Under the pieces are notes generated by a model, which was given only the letters and a program-made list of their open reading frames with translations, ran no database searches and was not told the origin of the DNA. This document shows positions 1 through 9,533 of a stretch of DNA of 64,000 nucleotides, piece after piece. Origin of the DNA: an uncultured Bacilli bacterium (lineage in GTDB: Bacteria > Bacillota_I > Bacilli_A > RF39 > UBA660); contig CAJTZU010000002.1 of assembly GCA_910584165.1 (NCBI GenBank), forward strand, positions 141,811 through 205,810, written 5' to 3'. The position numbers and the translations under genes were made by a program. The number at the start of each line of letters is the position of its first letter. Positions within the stretch are counted from its first letter, which is position 1.

Positions 1-207
1 CCAATTATTATTACTGATTATTCAAAACAGTATGATCCTGTTTTACCACCATCACAACAGCCTGTTGAAAGAATTGATTTTAAACAAATTATTAGTTTAA
101 TAAGAGATGTAAATGATACGATTGAAAAATGTGGATATACAGTAGAAACAGAAGAAGTAGATTTAGAAAATGAATATCAAGTAATCTTTAAAATTAATAA
201 AAATTAG
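1..207 (+). CDS. 3' end of an upstream hypothetical protein (partial; ends ...QVIFKINKN*)
   Basis: Frame open from base 1 to the TAG at 205-207. A terminator follows directly. Confidence 0.4.
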   Translation, partial: PIIITDYSKQYDPVLPPSQQPVERIDFKQIISLIRDVNDTIEKCGYTVETEEVDLENEYQVIFKINKN

Positions 208-228
208 GTGTTAAAAACACCTTTTTTG
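207..228 (+). terminator. Rho-independent terminator
   Basis: GGTGTT-AAAA-ACACC hairpin followed by TTTTTT. Confidence 0.6.
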
Positions 229-241
229 TTAGGAGGAAACT

Positions 242-853
242 ATGCGTTTTGAAAGAGAAGAATTATTCTGGCATTATCAAGAAAATACAAATCCTTTTTT
301 TATCATAACTGTTTCTATTGATATTACAAATGTAGTTCGTTATTGTAAAGAGCACAAAAACTTTTATGCAACTATGGGCTATTTGATAACAAAATCGGTA
401 AATAAAATAGATGCTTTTAGGTGGAGATATGAAGATAATCAGTTTCATTTTTATAATCAAGTATTTCCAAATTTTACTCAAAAAATAAATGATAATAAAA
501 TTGGATATTTTGATTGTCCTTATCATGAAAACTATGAATTATTTATAGAAGGTTTTCAAAAAATACAAATGAAATTTTATCAATCACAAGAAAGTAGTTT
601 ATTAGGGGAAAAAGGTTCTATTTGGCTTTCTTGTTTACCTTGGGTTTCATTTCAATCTTTTGTACCCCCCTTTGATAAAAATAATACAACTCCTCAATTT
701 ATTTGGGATCAATATCAAGAAAAAGATGATAGATATACAATAAATTTAATGATTTTAGCACATCATGGTTTTGTAGATGGATTTCATATTTCTAAATTTT
801 TAGAAATTTTAAATTTAGAGATTTTAAATTTTCAAAAAATAGAAAGGCTATAA
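242..853 (+). CDS. cat: Chloramphenicol O-acetyltransferase family protein (type A CAT-like)
   Basis: 203 aa. The conserved CAT core is present (LSCLPWVSFQSF ... ILAHHGFVDGFH, the catalytic HH..DG motif). AGGAGG RBS lies 8 nt upstream of the ATG. Confidence 0.8.
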   Translation: MRFEREELFWHYQENTNPFFIITVSIDITNVVRYCKEHKNFYATMGYLITKSVNKIDAFRWRYEDNQFHFYNQVFPNFTQKINDNKIGYFDCPYHENYELFIEGFQKIQMKFYQSQESSLLGEKGSIWLSCLPWVSFQSFVPPFDKNNTTPQFIWDQYQEKDDRYTINLMILAHHGFVDGFHISKFLEILNLEILNFQKIERL

Positions 854-863
854 AAGCCTTTTT
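843..863 (+). terminator. Rho-independent terminator after cat
   Basis: AAAGGCT-ATAA-AAGCCTT hairpin plus a T-run. Confidence 0.6.
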
Positions 864-918
864 AACTTGCTTAAAAACTGTTTTTATAATATAATAAGAA
901 CCATTTGAGGGGGATTTT

Positions 919-3900
919 ATGTTAAGTTATGAAGAATTTAAAAAATTAGCACCAAGTGAAACTGTACAATTTGTAGATTTTGCGCTTCCATATTTGGATT
1001 ATTATGCAAGAGATAGTAGAACTTTAAACTTTAGAAGGCTAGATTCTAGCACAAATAGTTATTATAGTAAGTACTTTTTCTTATTACTTTATGCGATGGC
1101 TCAAAACCCAGAATATGAAACTTTTTTTAGTAAATTCGGTTTTGAAAAAGAGCGTGTAAAAGTAGAAAAAGAAAGTATGACTTCTAATAAAACAAAAGAG
1201 GAATTATTTACTTTAGCAGGAGCAATTATTCCAAACTTTGATGATACTACTAAATATGAGTCTTTGACACCTATTGATATCTTTATACCGATATTAGATG
1301 GCTATTGGAATCGTTGTGGTCAAAGTATTTATGATAGTTTATTTCCAAGATGTCAATTTGGAAACTTTAAAAATGAGTTAGTTAGTTATAATCAAGGTAT
1401 TAAGGCAGAACAAGAAAGATTTTTAGAACAAGGAATATATGGAAATTTACCAATTACAGTTATTTCTTATTTAGAAACAGCTTCTAAGATAAGAAGTTTA
1501 TTATTTCAAAAAGTAAATAGTACGCAAAACGAAATTTTAAAAAAATTAGAAGAAGATATTGTTCCTATATCTTTAGTTTTAGCTACTTATTATTATAAAG
1601 ATACTCCAATTTATGTAGAAGAAAATGTAAGTGAACAAACCGCTATTAAAGAATTTTTATCAACAAAAGGAATTACTTTAGACAAGATTCTTCAAAATTT
1701 ATCTATTAGTATGGGAGTAAGAGAAGTGTCTGAAACTTCAAGGAACTTAATTGCTATTAAAAATTTATATCAAGAATATTGTAGTGAAGGTTATTTTCAT
1801 GGAAAAGAGCAGGCTAGTGTCTCTGTTCGTGGAATATTAGAGAATGTTTTTAACCGTGAATTTACAGATAGTGTAGCAGTAGAGAAATTATTTGCTAAAA
1901 TGAATTGCTATATCGGAATGTTTGAGCATTTTGATCAAAATATTACACAATATATAGAAACACAAAGACGTAATTATTCTGCTGAGTATGTTAAAAGCTT
2001 TTATGGAGATTTATCAAAAGAAGCTCGTGAATTTGCAGATTTTACTGCTAAGATTTATCTTTTATTATTACAGAAAATGAAGGATAATAAGCATAATTCT
2101 AAATTGTTATTTGCAGAGGATGATGCAGATACTTTAGCGCTTTTAATAGCCACTTATTATTTTGATGGTGATGTTAGTGAATTTTTTAAAGATTATGGTA
2201 TTACTTTAGATAAATTACTTACTCTTTTAAATATAACTCTTACAAAAGAAGAGATAGAAACAGTAGAATTAAATCAAAAAGTATTAGTGGACCGTTATAG
2301 AAGATTCTTCTATGAAGGTGTTAATAGAGGTAAGGGTGCAAAAAATCTTACCATTAATGACATTGCTCATAATCTTTGTAATAGAAACTTTAATCGTAGT
2401 ATGATTATGGAATCTATTTTCTCTGAATTAACAGATGAGATGGATTTAGAAAGTGATTTCTTAGGACAATTACAAACACACTTAGAGCAAAAAGAACAAA
2501 ACCGTAAAATGAAATTAACACAAAGATTATTCCGTGATATGCCTGTTGAAACAGTAGAAATTCTAGAGAATTCTTCTAGAGTACATACATATTTATTAAA
2601 ACAGTTAAAAGGTTGGTCAGAAGAAGATATAAAATCATTATCTTTATTGTTAGGAACTTTATTATCTTCTAATACAGATGCGAAAGCTTATTTACAATAT
2701 TTAGGATTTAGTGTATCTAGTGTTAGTTCTTATTTAAACATTAATAGTAATGGTCTATTAAATTTCCCTATTGATATAGATTTATTATCAAAAGAATATG
2801 GAAACTATATTTTTGGTGGAAATAATAAAGATAAAAAAAGAGAAGAATTATCTCCTTCCGCACTTGCTAAAAATATTTTTGCAAAAGAAATTAATAATAG
2901 TGTTGCCATTAGTAAATTTTTAGCGCATTTTAATCAAAGCTATAGTGAATATTCAAATTTTGATGAAAACTATCAAGTGTACTTAGAAAAAACGAAAGAA
3001 AGAAAACGAAAAGAAGAAGCAGAACAAGTTATTCGTTCTTACTCTTCAGCAGATTCTTATTTATTCAATGTATTTAAAATTTATCAAAGATTAAAAATAG
3101 AGTTAGAAGAAGGAAGAATTCGCACAACTCTTATAACAAGTGAAGATGATATTAAAGAGTTAAGTATGCTTCTTGGAATACTTTATGGTTCTAATTCTTC
3201 CAATAAATTTTTTGCTAAAAATAATATAACATTAGAGGCTGTTTTAAAAGCTTGTGCTCTTTCTGATTGTGATTTATTAAAAAATCTATATCATGCTAAC
3301 ATAGACTTTTTAGAAGGAAAAGAAGCATTTGGTAAATACTTAGAAAAAGATTCTCCTAATTATAGAGGAAGAAGAACAGAAGATGACTTTGCTAAAAGAA
3401 TTTTTGATACAAGTATTAATGAAAGTATGCTTTTAGAGAATTTAGCGGTACAATTAGGTGCTAACTATGACATATTAAAAGAAGAAGTAGAAACAGGAAA
3501 AGATTATGAATTATCACTTACTATAGATGATAGAATTGCTTTATTATCAGGAGAAGCAGTAGATACTTTGGATTTAAGTGATATTAAAAGTGTATTGCAT
3601 TTTGGTAATTCTTTATCTGTCCATTCTAAATACATTCATGATGAGCTTCCAAAATTAATGTTAAGTGATGTACATCAAGCTTCTATTGATACTATTAATG
3701 GTATTATTAATAGGGTTTGTGAAAAGGAAGAAAATCAAGTATCACAAAAGAAAGGATGGTTTGCTAGATTATTCTCTGTTTCTGTAGATGAACCTTCTTC
3801 ACCAAAGTATGTATTAAATCCAGGAGCAGTAGAAGAATTAAAAGTAGCTATCGATACGAACATTTCTACTTTATCAAAGGAATTATTAGGATATGATGCT

Positions 3901-4578
3901 ATTCGTAAATATATTGAAGTTTATAGAAGAAAAAATAGAACACATTACATGGTAGCAACCGATACAGTTGCTAAAATTCAAGAAGAATTAGGAACCTTAG
4001 ATCCACATAAAGATGAAGAATATGAAAGGTTCTTAACGGCAAGTTCTAGACTTCAAATTATGACAGATAAGTCTAATCGTTTTGCAACTACGAATCATTT
4101 AATGCAACAAGAATTATTAAAAGTAAATCAAGCTATTGTTAATCATTTTATTACGATTAATGCTCTTGAAATGGCAAGAGATGATTTACTTCCATTAGTA
4201 GGTTCTGAGCTTGCTTTAGGACAAGGTAGAAGTACAGAAAATCAATCTTTAGAATTATCTCAAAATGTTATGCAATTATTCCAGTCTTTATTGGATAGGA
4301 ATGTTGACAGTGCTGTAGAAAATATGGAACAACTTAGACGCTCTAATCTATCTTCTGGAATATTTGAATCATTAAATAGGGATATTCAAGTATATTTGCA
4401 AGGTTTAAATCAAGCAGGGCATATTGAAGAGCGTATAGAATGTTTAGATATTGACCAAGTAAATGTAGAGACACCACAAGCACCAGGACTACCAAATATG
4501 GGAGCTATTAATTTAACACTCACTCCAGATATACCAAAACAGAAAAAATTAGGTACATTACCAAGTCAAAAACAATAG
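919..4578 (+). CDS. Large hypothetical cytoplasmic protein (1219 aa) with degenerate internal helical repeats
   Basis: Long ORF with a GGGGG RBS and no signal peptide. Recurring modules such as GITLDKILQNLSIS, GITLDKLLTLLNITLT, NNITLEAVLKACALS and LSLLLGTLLSSNTDAKAYLQYLGF. Confidence 0.7.
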   Translation: MLSYEEFKKLAPSETVQFVDFALPYLDYYARDSRTLNFRRLDSSTNSYYSKYFFLLLYAMAQNPEYETFFSKFGFEKERVKVEKESMTSNKTKEELFTLAGAIIPNFDDTTKYESLTPIDIFIPILDGYWNRCGQSIYDSLFPRCQFGNFKNELVSYNQGIKAEQERFLEQGIYGNLPITVISYLETASKIRSLLFQKVNSTQNEILKKLEEDIVPISLVLATYYYKDTPIYVEENVSEQTAIKEFLSTKGITLDKILQNLSISMGVREVSETSRNLIAIKNLYQEYCSEGYFHGKEQASVSVRGILENVFNREFTDSVAVEKLFAKMNCYIGMFEHFDQNITQYIETQRRNYSAEYVKSFYGDLSKEAREFADFTAKIYLLLLQKMKDNKHNSKLLFAEDDADTLALLIATYYFDGDVSEFFKDYGITLDKLLTLLNITLTKEEIETVELNQKVLVDRYRRFFYEGVNRGKGAKNLTINDIAHNLCNRNFNRSMIMESIFSELTDEMDLESDFLGQLQTHLEQKEQNRKMKLTQRLFRDMPVETVEILENSSRVHTYLLKQLKGWSEEDIKSLSLLLGTLLSSNTDAKAYLQYLGFSVSSVSSYLNINSNGLLNFPIDIDLLSKEYGNYIFGGNNKDKKREELSPSALAKNIFAKEINNSVAISKFLAHFNQSYSEYSNFDENYQVYLEKTKERKRKEEAEQVIRSYSSADSYLFNVFKIYQRLKIELEEGRIRTTLITSEDDIKELSMLLGILYGSNSSNKFFAKNNITLEAVLKACALSDCDLLKNLYHANIDFLEGKEAFGKYLEKDSPNYRGRRTEDDFAKRIFDTSINESMLLENLAVQLGANYDILKEEVETGKDYELSLTIDDRIALLSGEAVDTLDLSDIKSVLHFGNSLSVHSKYIHDELPKLMLSDVHQASIDTINGIINRVCEKEENQVSQKKGWFARLFSVSVDEPSSPKYVLNPGAVEELKVAIDTNISTLSKELLGYDAIRKYIEVYRRKNRTHYMVATDTVAKIQEELGTLDPHKDEEYERFLTASSRLQIMTDKSNRFATTNHLMQQELLKVNQAIVNHFITINALEMARDDLLPLVGSELALGQGRSTENQSLELSQNVMQLFQSLLDRNVDSAVENMEQLRRSNLSSGIFESLNRDIQVYLQGLNQAGHIEERIECLDIDQVNVETPQAPGLPNMGAINLTLTPDIPKQKKLGTLPSQKQ

Positions 4579-4598
4579 AATTTCTCTATTGTTTTTTT
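4571..4598 (+). terminator. Rho-independent terminator
   Basis: AACAATAGA-...-TCTATTGTT hairpin enclosing the stop codon, followed by TTTTTTT. Confidence 0.65.
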
Positions 4599-4722
4599 AT
4601 GTAAGTATCTTGTAAGACTCTTATAGTTTTATGAGAAAGAATTTATAATGATATATGAATAGTGTATGATAATTAAGATAGAGAGATGATAGTTATACAC
4701 TGGAAAAGAAGGAGGTGAAGTT

Positions 4723-5382
4723 GTGGAAAAAAATAGAAGTTCAAAAATTCTTGCCATTATTGCTCTTTTAGTATCAGCAATCGGTTTATCGGTAGGTTTT
4801 GCAGCATTTTCGCAAACATTAACAATCAGATCTAGTGCTACTGTAAAACCAAATGAGTCAGACTTTAAAGTAGTTTTTTCATCAAGCGGAACAGTAGTTG
4901 AAACAAATCCTGTTATAGCAGTTGCTACTCCAAGTACTCTTAATGAAAAAACAAATCCTGGTTCTATTGTGAATGCAGGTGATCCTAAAATTACAGGTTT
5001 AGGTGCAGAATTTTCAGCACCAGGTCAAAAGGTTGAATATACTTTTTATGCAGCAAATATAGGTGAATATAATGCCTTTTTAAGAAATATCACTTTTGAG
5101 AATTCAGGTAAAGGAAGTTCTCATAGAGTTTGTACTGCTAAAGAGGGTACTACTAATTCATTAGTTCAAGAAGCTTGTAGTAGTATTATATTAACTGTAA
5201 AAGTTGGAGAAGGGTTAGCAACTAATTCTTCTATTACAGGAATTACTGGTCATTCTTTAAATAAAGGTGCTTTCGAACCAGTAGTTGTAACAATTGAATA
5301 TGCGGCTGATGGAGCAAGAGCAGATGGAGATTTTTCTGTTGATTTTGGAAATATAATCTTAGATTATAGTTCAGCAAATTAA
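4723..5382 (+). CDS. Secreted TasA/BsaA-like protein with a SipW-cognate signal peptide
   Basis: GTG start after AAGGAGGTG. The N-terminus is KILAIIALLVSAIGLSVGFAAFSQTL: a hydrophobic core followed by the G-F-A-A-F-S cleavage-region motif typical of SipW substrates (TasA, CalY, camelysin). Confidence 0.65.
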   Translation: MEKNRSSKILAIIALLVSAIGLSVGFAAFSQTLTIRSSATVKPNESDFKVVFSSSGTVVETNPVIAVATPSTLNEKTNPGSIVNAGDPKITGLGAEFSAPGQKVEYTFYAANIGEYNAFLRNITFENSGKGSSHRVCTAKEGTTNSLVQEACSSIILTVKVGEGLATNSSITGITGHSLNKGAFEPVVVTIEYAADGARADGDFSVDFGNIILDYSSAN

Positions 5383-5399
5383 TAATATTTATAGTGAGA

Positions 5400-5424
5400 G
5401 GCACAATATTGCTTTGTGCCTTTC
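5400..5424 (+). terminator. Weak hairpin / attenuator between the substrate and peptidase genes
   Basis: GGCACAA-TATTGCT-TTGTGCC stem followed by TTT. Confidence 0.35.
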
Positions 5425-5457
5425 CTATATTTGCACAAGACTATTTTGGAGGTAAAA

Positions 5458-6585
5458 ATGAAAAGGGGTTATAAAAAATTATTAATATTAGAAATTATTT
5501 TATTCTTCGTTTTAATCTTAAATAGTTTTGTATCAAGTATATTAAGTAGATATAATTTAATTTTAGCATTAATAGCCGTTTTAGGTATTTTTAAATTATT
5601 TTTTGGTTTTGAAAAAGATAGATATCGTTATGTAAGAGATATTATTTTTGAAATAGCTATTTTCTTATTAGTATTTTTTCTTTTATATTATTTATCAGGA
5701 TTGATTATTACTTTTGCAAAAACAGAAAATTATTTAACATGGTATGGATTCTCTAATTTTATTATTCCAATTATATTGACAATTATTTTAAAAGAAATTG
5801 CTAGATATATGATTTTACAAAAAGCTGAAGGGAATAATTTCTTATTAATAACCACATGTATTTTATTTATATTTTTAGATGTTAGTAATGCAATCTATTA
5901 TAATAATTTTTCATCTAAATATGATTCGTTTCTATTTGTAGCACTTTCTTTATTGCCAGCTATAAGTACTAATATTGCGTGTACTTACATTAGCAAAAAA
6001 GTGGGTTATAAACCTGTCATATTTTATTTAATTATTGTTAATATATATAGTTATTTAATGCCAATTATTCCTAATCCAAGCGAATATATAAGTTCTATGG
6101 TCCAATTTTTATTACCAATAGCTTTAGGCTATAGAGTTTATTCTTTCTATGAAAAAGAAAAGGATAAAGAAGTTTCTAGAGATTATAATAAAAGAAGAAT
6201 ATTGCCATTAATTATTCCAACTATTGTTATCATGATTCTTATTTATTTTGTTTCAGGGTACTTTCATTATTATGCAGTAGCAGTAGCAAGTAATAGTATG
6301 TCACCAAAAATTTATCGAGGTGATGTTGTAATTATTGAAAAAATAGATAAAAATTATGATTTATTAGAAGAAGGTCAAGTAATTGCTTATAAATACGATG
6401 GTATTATTATTGTACATAGATTAGAGCGTATTTTAAAACAGGATGGTAAATATTATTTTTATACAAAAGGAGATGCCAATTCAAAAGAGGATAATTGGAC
6501 AGTAGAAGAGGATATGATTATAGGGACTGTTAATCATAAAATATCTTATATTGGGCTTCCAACTGTCTGGTTGAATGAGTTATAG
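5458..6585 (+). CDS. sipW: Polytopic membrane domain fused to a SipW-type (S26B, archaeal/ER-like) signal peptidase I
   Basis: The C-terminal ~130 aa (SNSMSPKIYRGDVVII...YTKGDANSKEDNW) match the SipW catalytic Ser box and the KGDAN motif. The N-terminal ~260 aa contain 6-7 predicted TM helices. Likely start is the ATG at 5458 after GGAGG; the ORF track begins at 5416. Confidence 0.7.
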   Translation: MKRGYKKLLILEIILFFVLILNSFVSSILSRYNLILALIAVLGIFKLFFGFEKDRYRYVRDIIFEIAIFLLVFFLLYYLSGLIITFAKTENYLTWYGFSNFIIPIILTIILKEIARYMILQKAEGNNFLLITTCILFIFLDVSNAIYYNNFSSKYDSFLFVALSLLPAISTNIACTYISKKVGYKPVIFYLIIVNIYSYLMPIIPNPSEYISSMVQFLLPIALGYRVYSFYEKEKDKEVSRDYNKRRILPLIIPTIVIMILIYFVSGYFHYYAVAVASNSMSPKIYRGDVVIIEKIDKNYDLLEEGQVIAYKYDGIIIVHRLERILKQDGKYYFYTKGDANSKEDNWTVEEDMIIGTVNHKISYIGLPTVWLNEL

Positions 6586-6597
6586 GAGGTAAATGGT

Positions 6598-7713
6598 ATG
6601 AGAAAGAAAAAAGAAGAGGAATTTAAAGTAGAAGTAACCCAAACTTTGGAGCCACATGAACTAAAGAAAACAGTTTATTTTGGATATAATACAAGATTAC
6701 TATTAAATATTTTAATATGTATTTCTTTTTTAGGACTTGGAATTTTTTATTTAATAGAGTCTATTAATTTTAGCAAGGAAGAAAGTATTCGTTATAAAGA
6801 GAATAGTAGTTTAGATTATAAAGTATATTTAAAAGAAAATGATTTTTATGATACTCCTTATTTAACAAAAGATATGGCTTATATTGCTAGTTTAATTGAT
6901 ACGATTAATATAGACTTTAATTATTTATTTTCGATAGATACAATTTCTAATATGGATTTTTCTTATGGCATTTATGGAAATTTAATTATTGCTGATGAAT
7001 CTGGGGAAAATACTTATTTTGAGAAAGAATATAACTTATTAAATAATAAGCAAGTAAATATGGTAGAATCTAAATCACAGGAAATTAAGGAAAATATTTC
7101 TATTGATTATGGTTATTATAATCGTTTAGCAAATGATTTTAAAATGTCTTATGCAATAGATACGACTAGTTATTTAAAAGTATATTTAAAAATTGATAAA
7201 AAGAACGCAGAAAAAGAAACAAAATTTGATTTAAATGATACAGACGAGTTAGCTATTACTATCCCATTATCAGAGAAGGCTATTCAAATTAAAATGGATT
7301 ATATGAATCTTAATGAAACTAATCAGGTTTTAGCGCAACCAGAAGTAGCAGTAGAGGATATGACAGTATTAGTAATTTCTATTATTTTATTCCTTGTTAG
7401 TATTATTAGTTTTATTAAAATAATTAGATTATTATCTTTATTAAAAGTTAGAAGTTCTAATTTTGATAAATATATTAATAAAATTTTATCAGAATATGAT
7501 AGATTAGTGGTAGAAACAGTTTCTTGTCCAAATTTAACGGATAATAATGTAATTAAAATTAAGAAGTTTGAAGAATTATTAGATGTAAGAGATAATTTAA
7601 AATTGCCAATAATGTATTACTTATTAGTAAAGCATCATAAAGCTTATTTCTATATTAAACATAATAATGATATTTTCCTTTTAACTGTTAAAGCAGTTGA
7701 TTTGGAGAAGTAG
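6598..7713 (+). CDS. Membrane protein of unknown function within the SipW cluster
   Basis: 371 aa with an N-terminal TM (LLLNILICISFLGLGIFYLI) and a C-terminal TM (VLVISIILFLVSIISFIKII). Tightly spaced with its neighbours. Confidence 0.6.
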   Translation: MRKKKEEEFKVEVTQTLEPHELKKTVYFGYNTRLLLNILICISFLGLGIFYLIESINFSKEESIRYKENSSLDYKVYLKENDFYDTPYLTKDMAYIASLIDTINIDFNYLFSIDTISNMDFSYGIYGNLIIADESGENTYFEKEYNLLNNKQVNMVESKSQEIKENISIDYGYYNRLANDFKMSYAIDTTSYLKVYLKIDKKNAEKETKFDLNDTDELAITIPLSEKAIQIKMDYMNLNETNQVLAQPEVAVEDMTVLVISIILFLVSIISFIKIIRLLSLLKVRSSNFDKYINKILSEYDRLVVETVSCPNLTDNNVIKIKKFEELLDVRDNLKLPIMYYLLVKHHKAYFYIKHNNDIFLLTVKAVDLEK

Positions 7714-7716
7714 GAT

Positions 7717-9477
7717 ATGAAAAATAATAAAGCACACTATTTATCAGCTTCTTTAATACTTATTACTATTTGTTTTTTAAGCATTGGGTTCTCTGCTTTT
7801 CAGGAACCTCTATTGATTGACAATGTAGGTGTTACTGTTCGATTTTTGGAAGATATGCGCATAACCGGCATTCAAGTAAATGCTTCTACTGCTGGGGTAG
7901 TTTCTAATTATGAAGATTATAATATACACAATTTAAAAGCTGGCATTTATTTACCAAATAAGGATTCCTCTATTACTTATAAAATAAAAACTACTAATTT
8001 TGGAAATATAGAAATGGGAATTTTTGATATTACAGGTTTACCAAGTAATTTAACTTACGAAATACAAGAATATAATCTAAAAGAAAAGCTTTGTGATATC
8101 AATAAGAAATGTACATTAGGTTCTGAAAAAGATTTTTATTTAACGATTAAATATAAAGAGAATGGTTATGATTCTTCAAAATTGAATTATGATTTTAATT
8201 TAAATGTGGATTTTAGAGGATTTCATAAGATTGTATATATAAATATTAAAAATACTACAAATTATCCAAAAGAAGTAATGGATGGGGATAATTTAGAAAT
8301 TGCATTTGCTACAGATATTCCTGGAAAAGTAAAACTTACTGGTAGTAATTCATATACTTATAATACTAATATATTATCTGTTAACAATGTAAAAGAAGAT
8401 TTAACTGTAGATAGAGTATTCAGATTTTATGAAGAAATTTTGAATAGAAATCCACTATCTTCTGATTGCCCTAGTTTACCTATAACAACAGGTAAAGGGC
8501 AAGGAGCTTCTTTTTGTAAAACGACTGATAATTATGGGGATAGTTATTACTATCGTGGCGCAGTAAAAAATAATAATGTAAAATTTGGAGGTTATTATTG
8601 GAAGATAATAAGAATAAATGGAGATAATACTGTTAGGATGATTTATAATGGCAAAGTAAGTCAATTATCAAAACCATTAGAAAATGGAACAGATGATTCT
8701 TCTACAAATTATACTAATATAGGTTTGGGTATTTTTAATCCAGATGGTCGTGACAATGCTTATATGGGCTATATGTATGGGATGGTTAATGCTACTAGTT
8801 ATCAAGATGCACATGCCAATACTAATTCTAGTACAGCAAAGAGAAAATTAGATAGTTGGTTTCTTAGTAGTGGTTTAAATAATGATTCCAATAAGAAATA
8901 TTTAGCAGATAATTTATTCTGCAACGATAGAAGTGTTTATAGTGAAACTTTATCAAACATGTCTGGTGGAATAAAGCAATTGCCTGTACATGCTAGTGGA
9001 GCAGAAAATTTCCCTGCAGATACAGGAAAAGGGTATGGAAAAAATGTTACTTTTTATGGAACTTATTATCGTATGAGATTTGAATCTCTACCAACAGTAG
9101 CAACACATTATCCTACTTTAAAATGTATAAATAAAAATGACTCATTTACAGTATCAGATACAGTAAATGGAAATGGAGATTTAACTTATCCAATTGGGTT
9201 AATTACTATAGATGAAGCAATATTTGCTGGTTCTGCTAGATTAGTAGAGGACAATAGAAACTATCTATATACTGGATATAGATATTGGGCAATGTCTCCT
9301 GGATTTTATAATACTACTGCCTATATGGGTGGTATGATTCATCAAGGATGGATTAGTTTAGGAGCTCCTGTAACAGATGATAAATATAGATATTATCGAC
9401 CAGTTATCAATATTAAAGCAGAAACTTTTCTGAAATCTGGGGATGGAACGATTAATAATCCTTATGTATTTGAATAA
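7717..9477 (+). CDS. Large secreted protein (586 aa) with a SipW-cognate signal peptide
   Basis: N-terminus is LILITICFLSIGFSAFQEP, the same G-F-S-A-F motif as the 4723 gene. The body is Asn/Tyr/Gly-rich. Confidence 0.65.
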   Translation: MKNNKAHYLSASLILITICFLSIGFSAFQEPLLIDNVGVTVRFLEDMRITGIQVNASTAGVVSNYEDYNIHNLKAGIYLPNKDSSITYKIKTTNFGNIEMGIFDITGLPSNLTYEIQEYNLKEKLCDINKKCTLGSEKDFYLTIKYKENGYDSSKLNYDFNLNVDFRGFHKIVYINIKNTTNYPKEVMDGDNLEIAFATDIPGKVKLTGSNSYTYNTNILSVNNVKEDLTVDRVFRFYEEILNRNPLSSDCPSLPITTGKGQGASFCKTTDNYGDSYYYRGAVKNNNVKFGGYYWKIIRINGDNTVRMIYNGKVSQLSKPLENGTDDSSTNYTNIGLGIFNPDGRDNAYMGYMYGMVNATSYQDAHANTNSSTAKRKLDSWFLSSGLNNDSNKKYLADNLFCNDRSVYSETLSNMSGGIKQLPVHASGAENFPADTGKGYGKNVTFYGTYYRMRFESLPTVATHYPTLKCINKNDSFTVSDTVNGNGDLTYPIGLITIDEAIFAGSARLVEDNRNYLYTGYRYWAMSPGFYNTTAYMGGMIHQGWISLGAPVTDDKYRYYRPVINIKAETFLKSGDGTINNPYVFE

Positions 9478-9507
9478 TACTACATAGAATTATGTAGTAT
9501 TTTTTTG
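9476..9507 (+). terminator. Rho-independent terminator ending the SipW cluster
   Basis: ATACTACATAGA-ATT-ATGTAGTAT hairpin followed by TTTTTTT. Confidence 0.7.
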
Positions 9508-9533
9508 TATAATAAATAAAGTGAGGAAAATAT

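Noticed and set aside
263-526. Antisense and overlapping short ORFs from the six-frame track (for example 263..526-, 8476..8664-, 11164..11415-, 14175..14387-, 30765..30971-, 33161..33373-, 33492..33740-, 34734..34928-, 35776..35970-, 36727..36954+, 37326..37619-, the minus-strand ORFs inside 45734-48064, 49421..49609-, 49804..50049-, 53310..53555-, 55351..55542+, 56001..57550-, 58699..58920-, 60228..60416-, 60969..61445-, 62301..62522+).
   Set aside because: All lie wholly inside longer, motif-supported ORFs on the other strand or frame. They have Ile/Leu/Phe/Ser-rich compositions typical of AT-rich off-frame translation, and none has an RBS.
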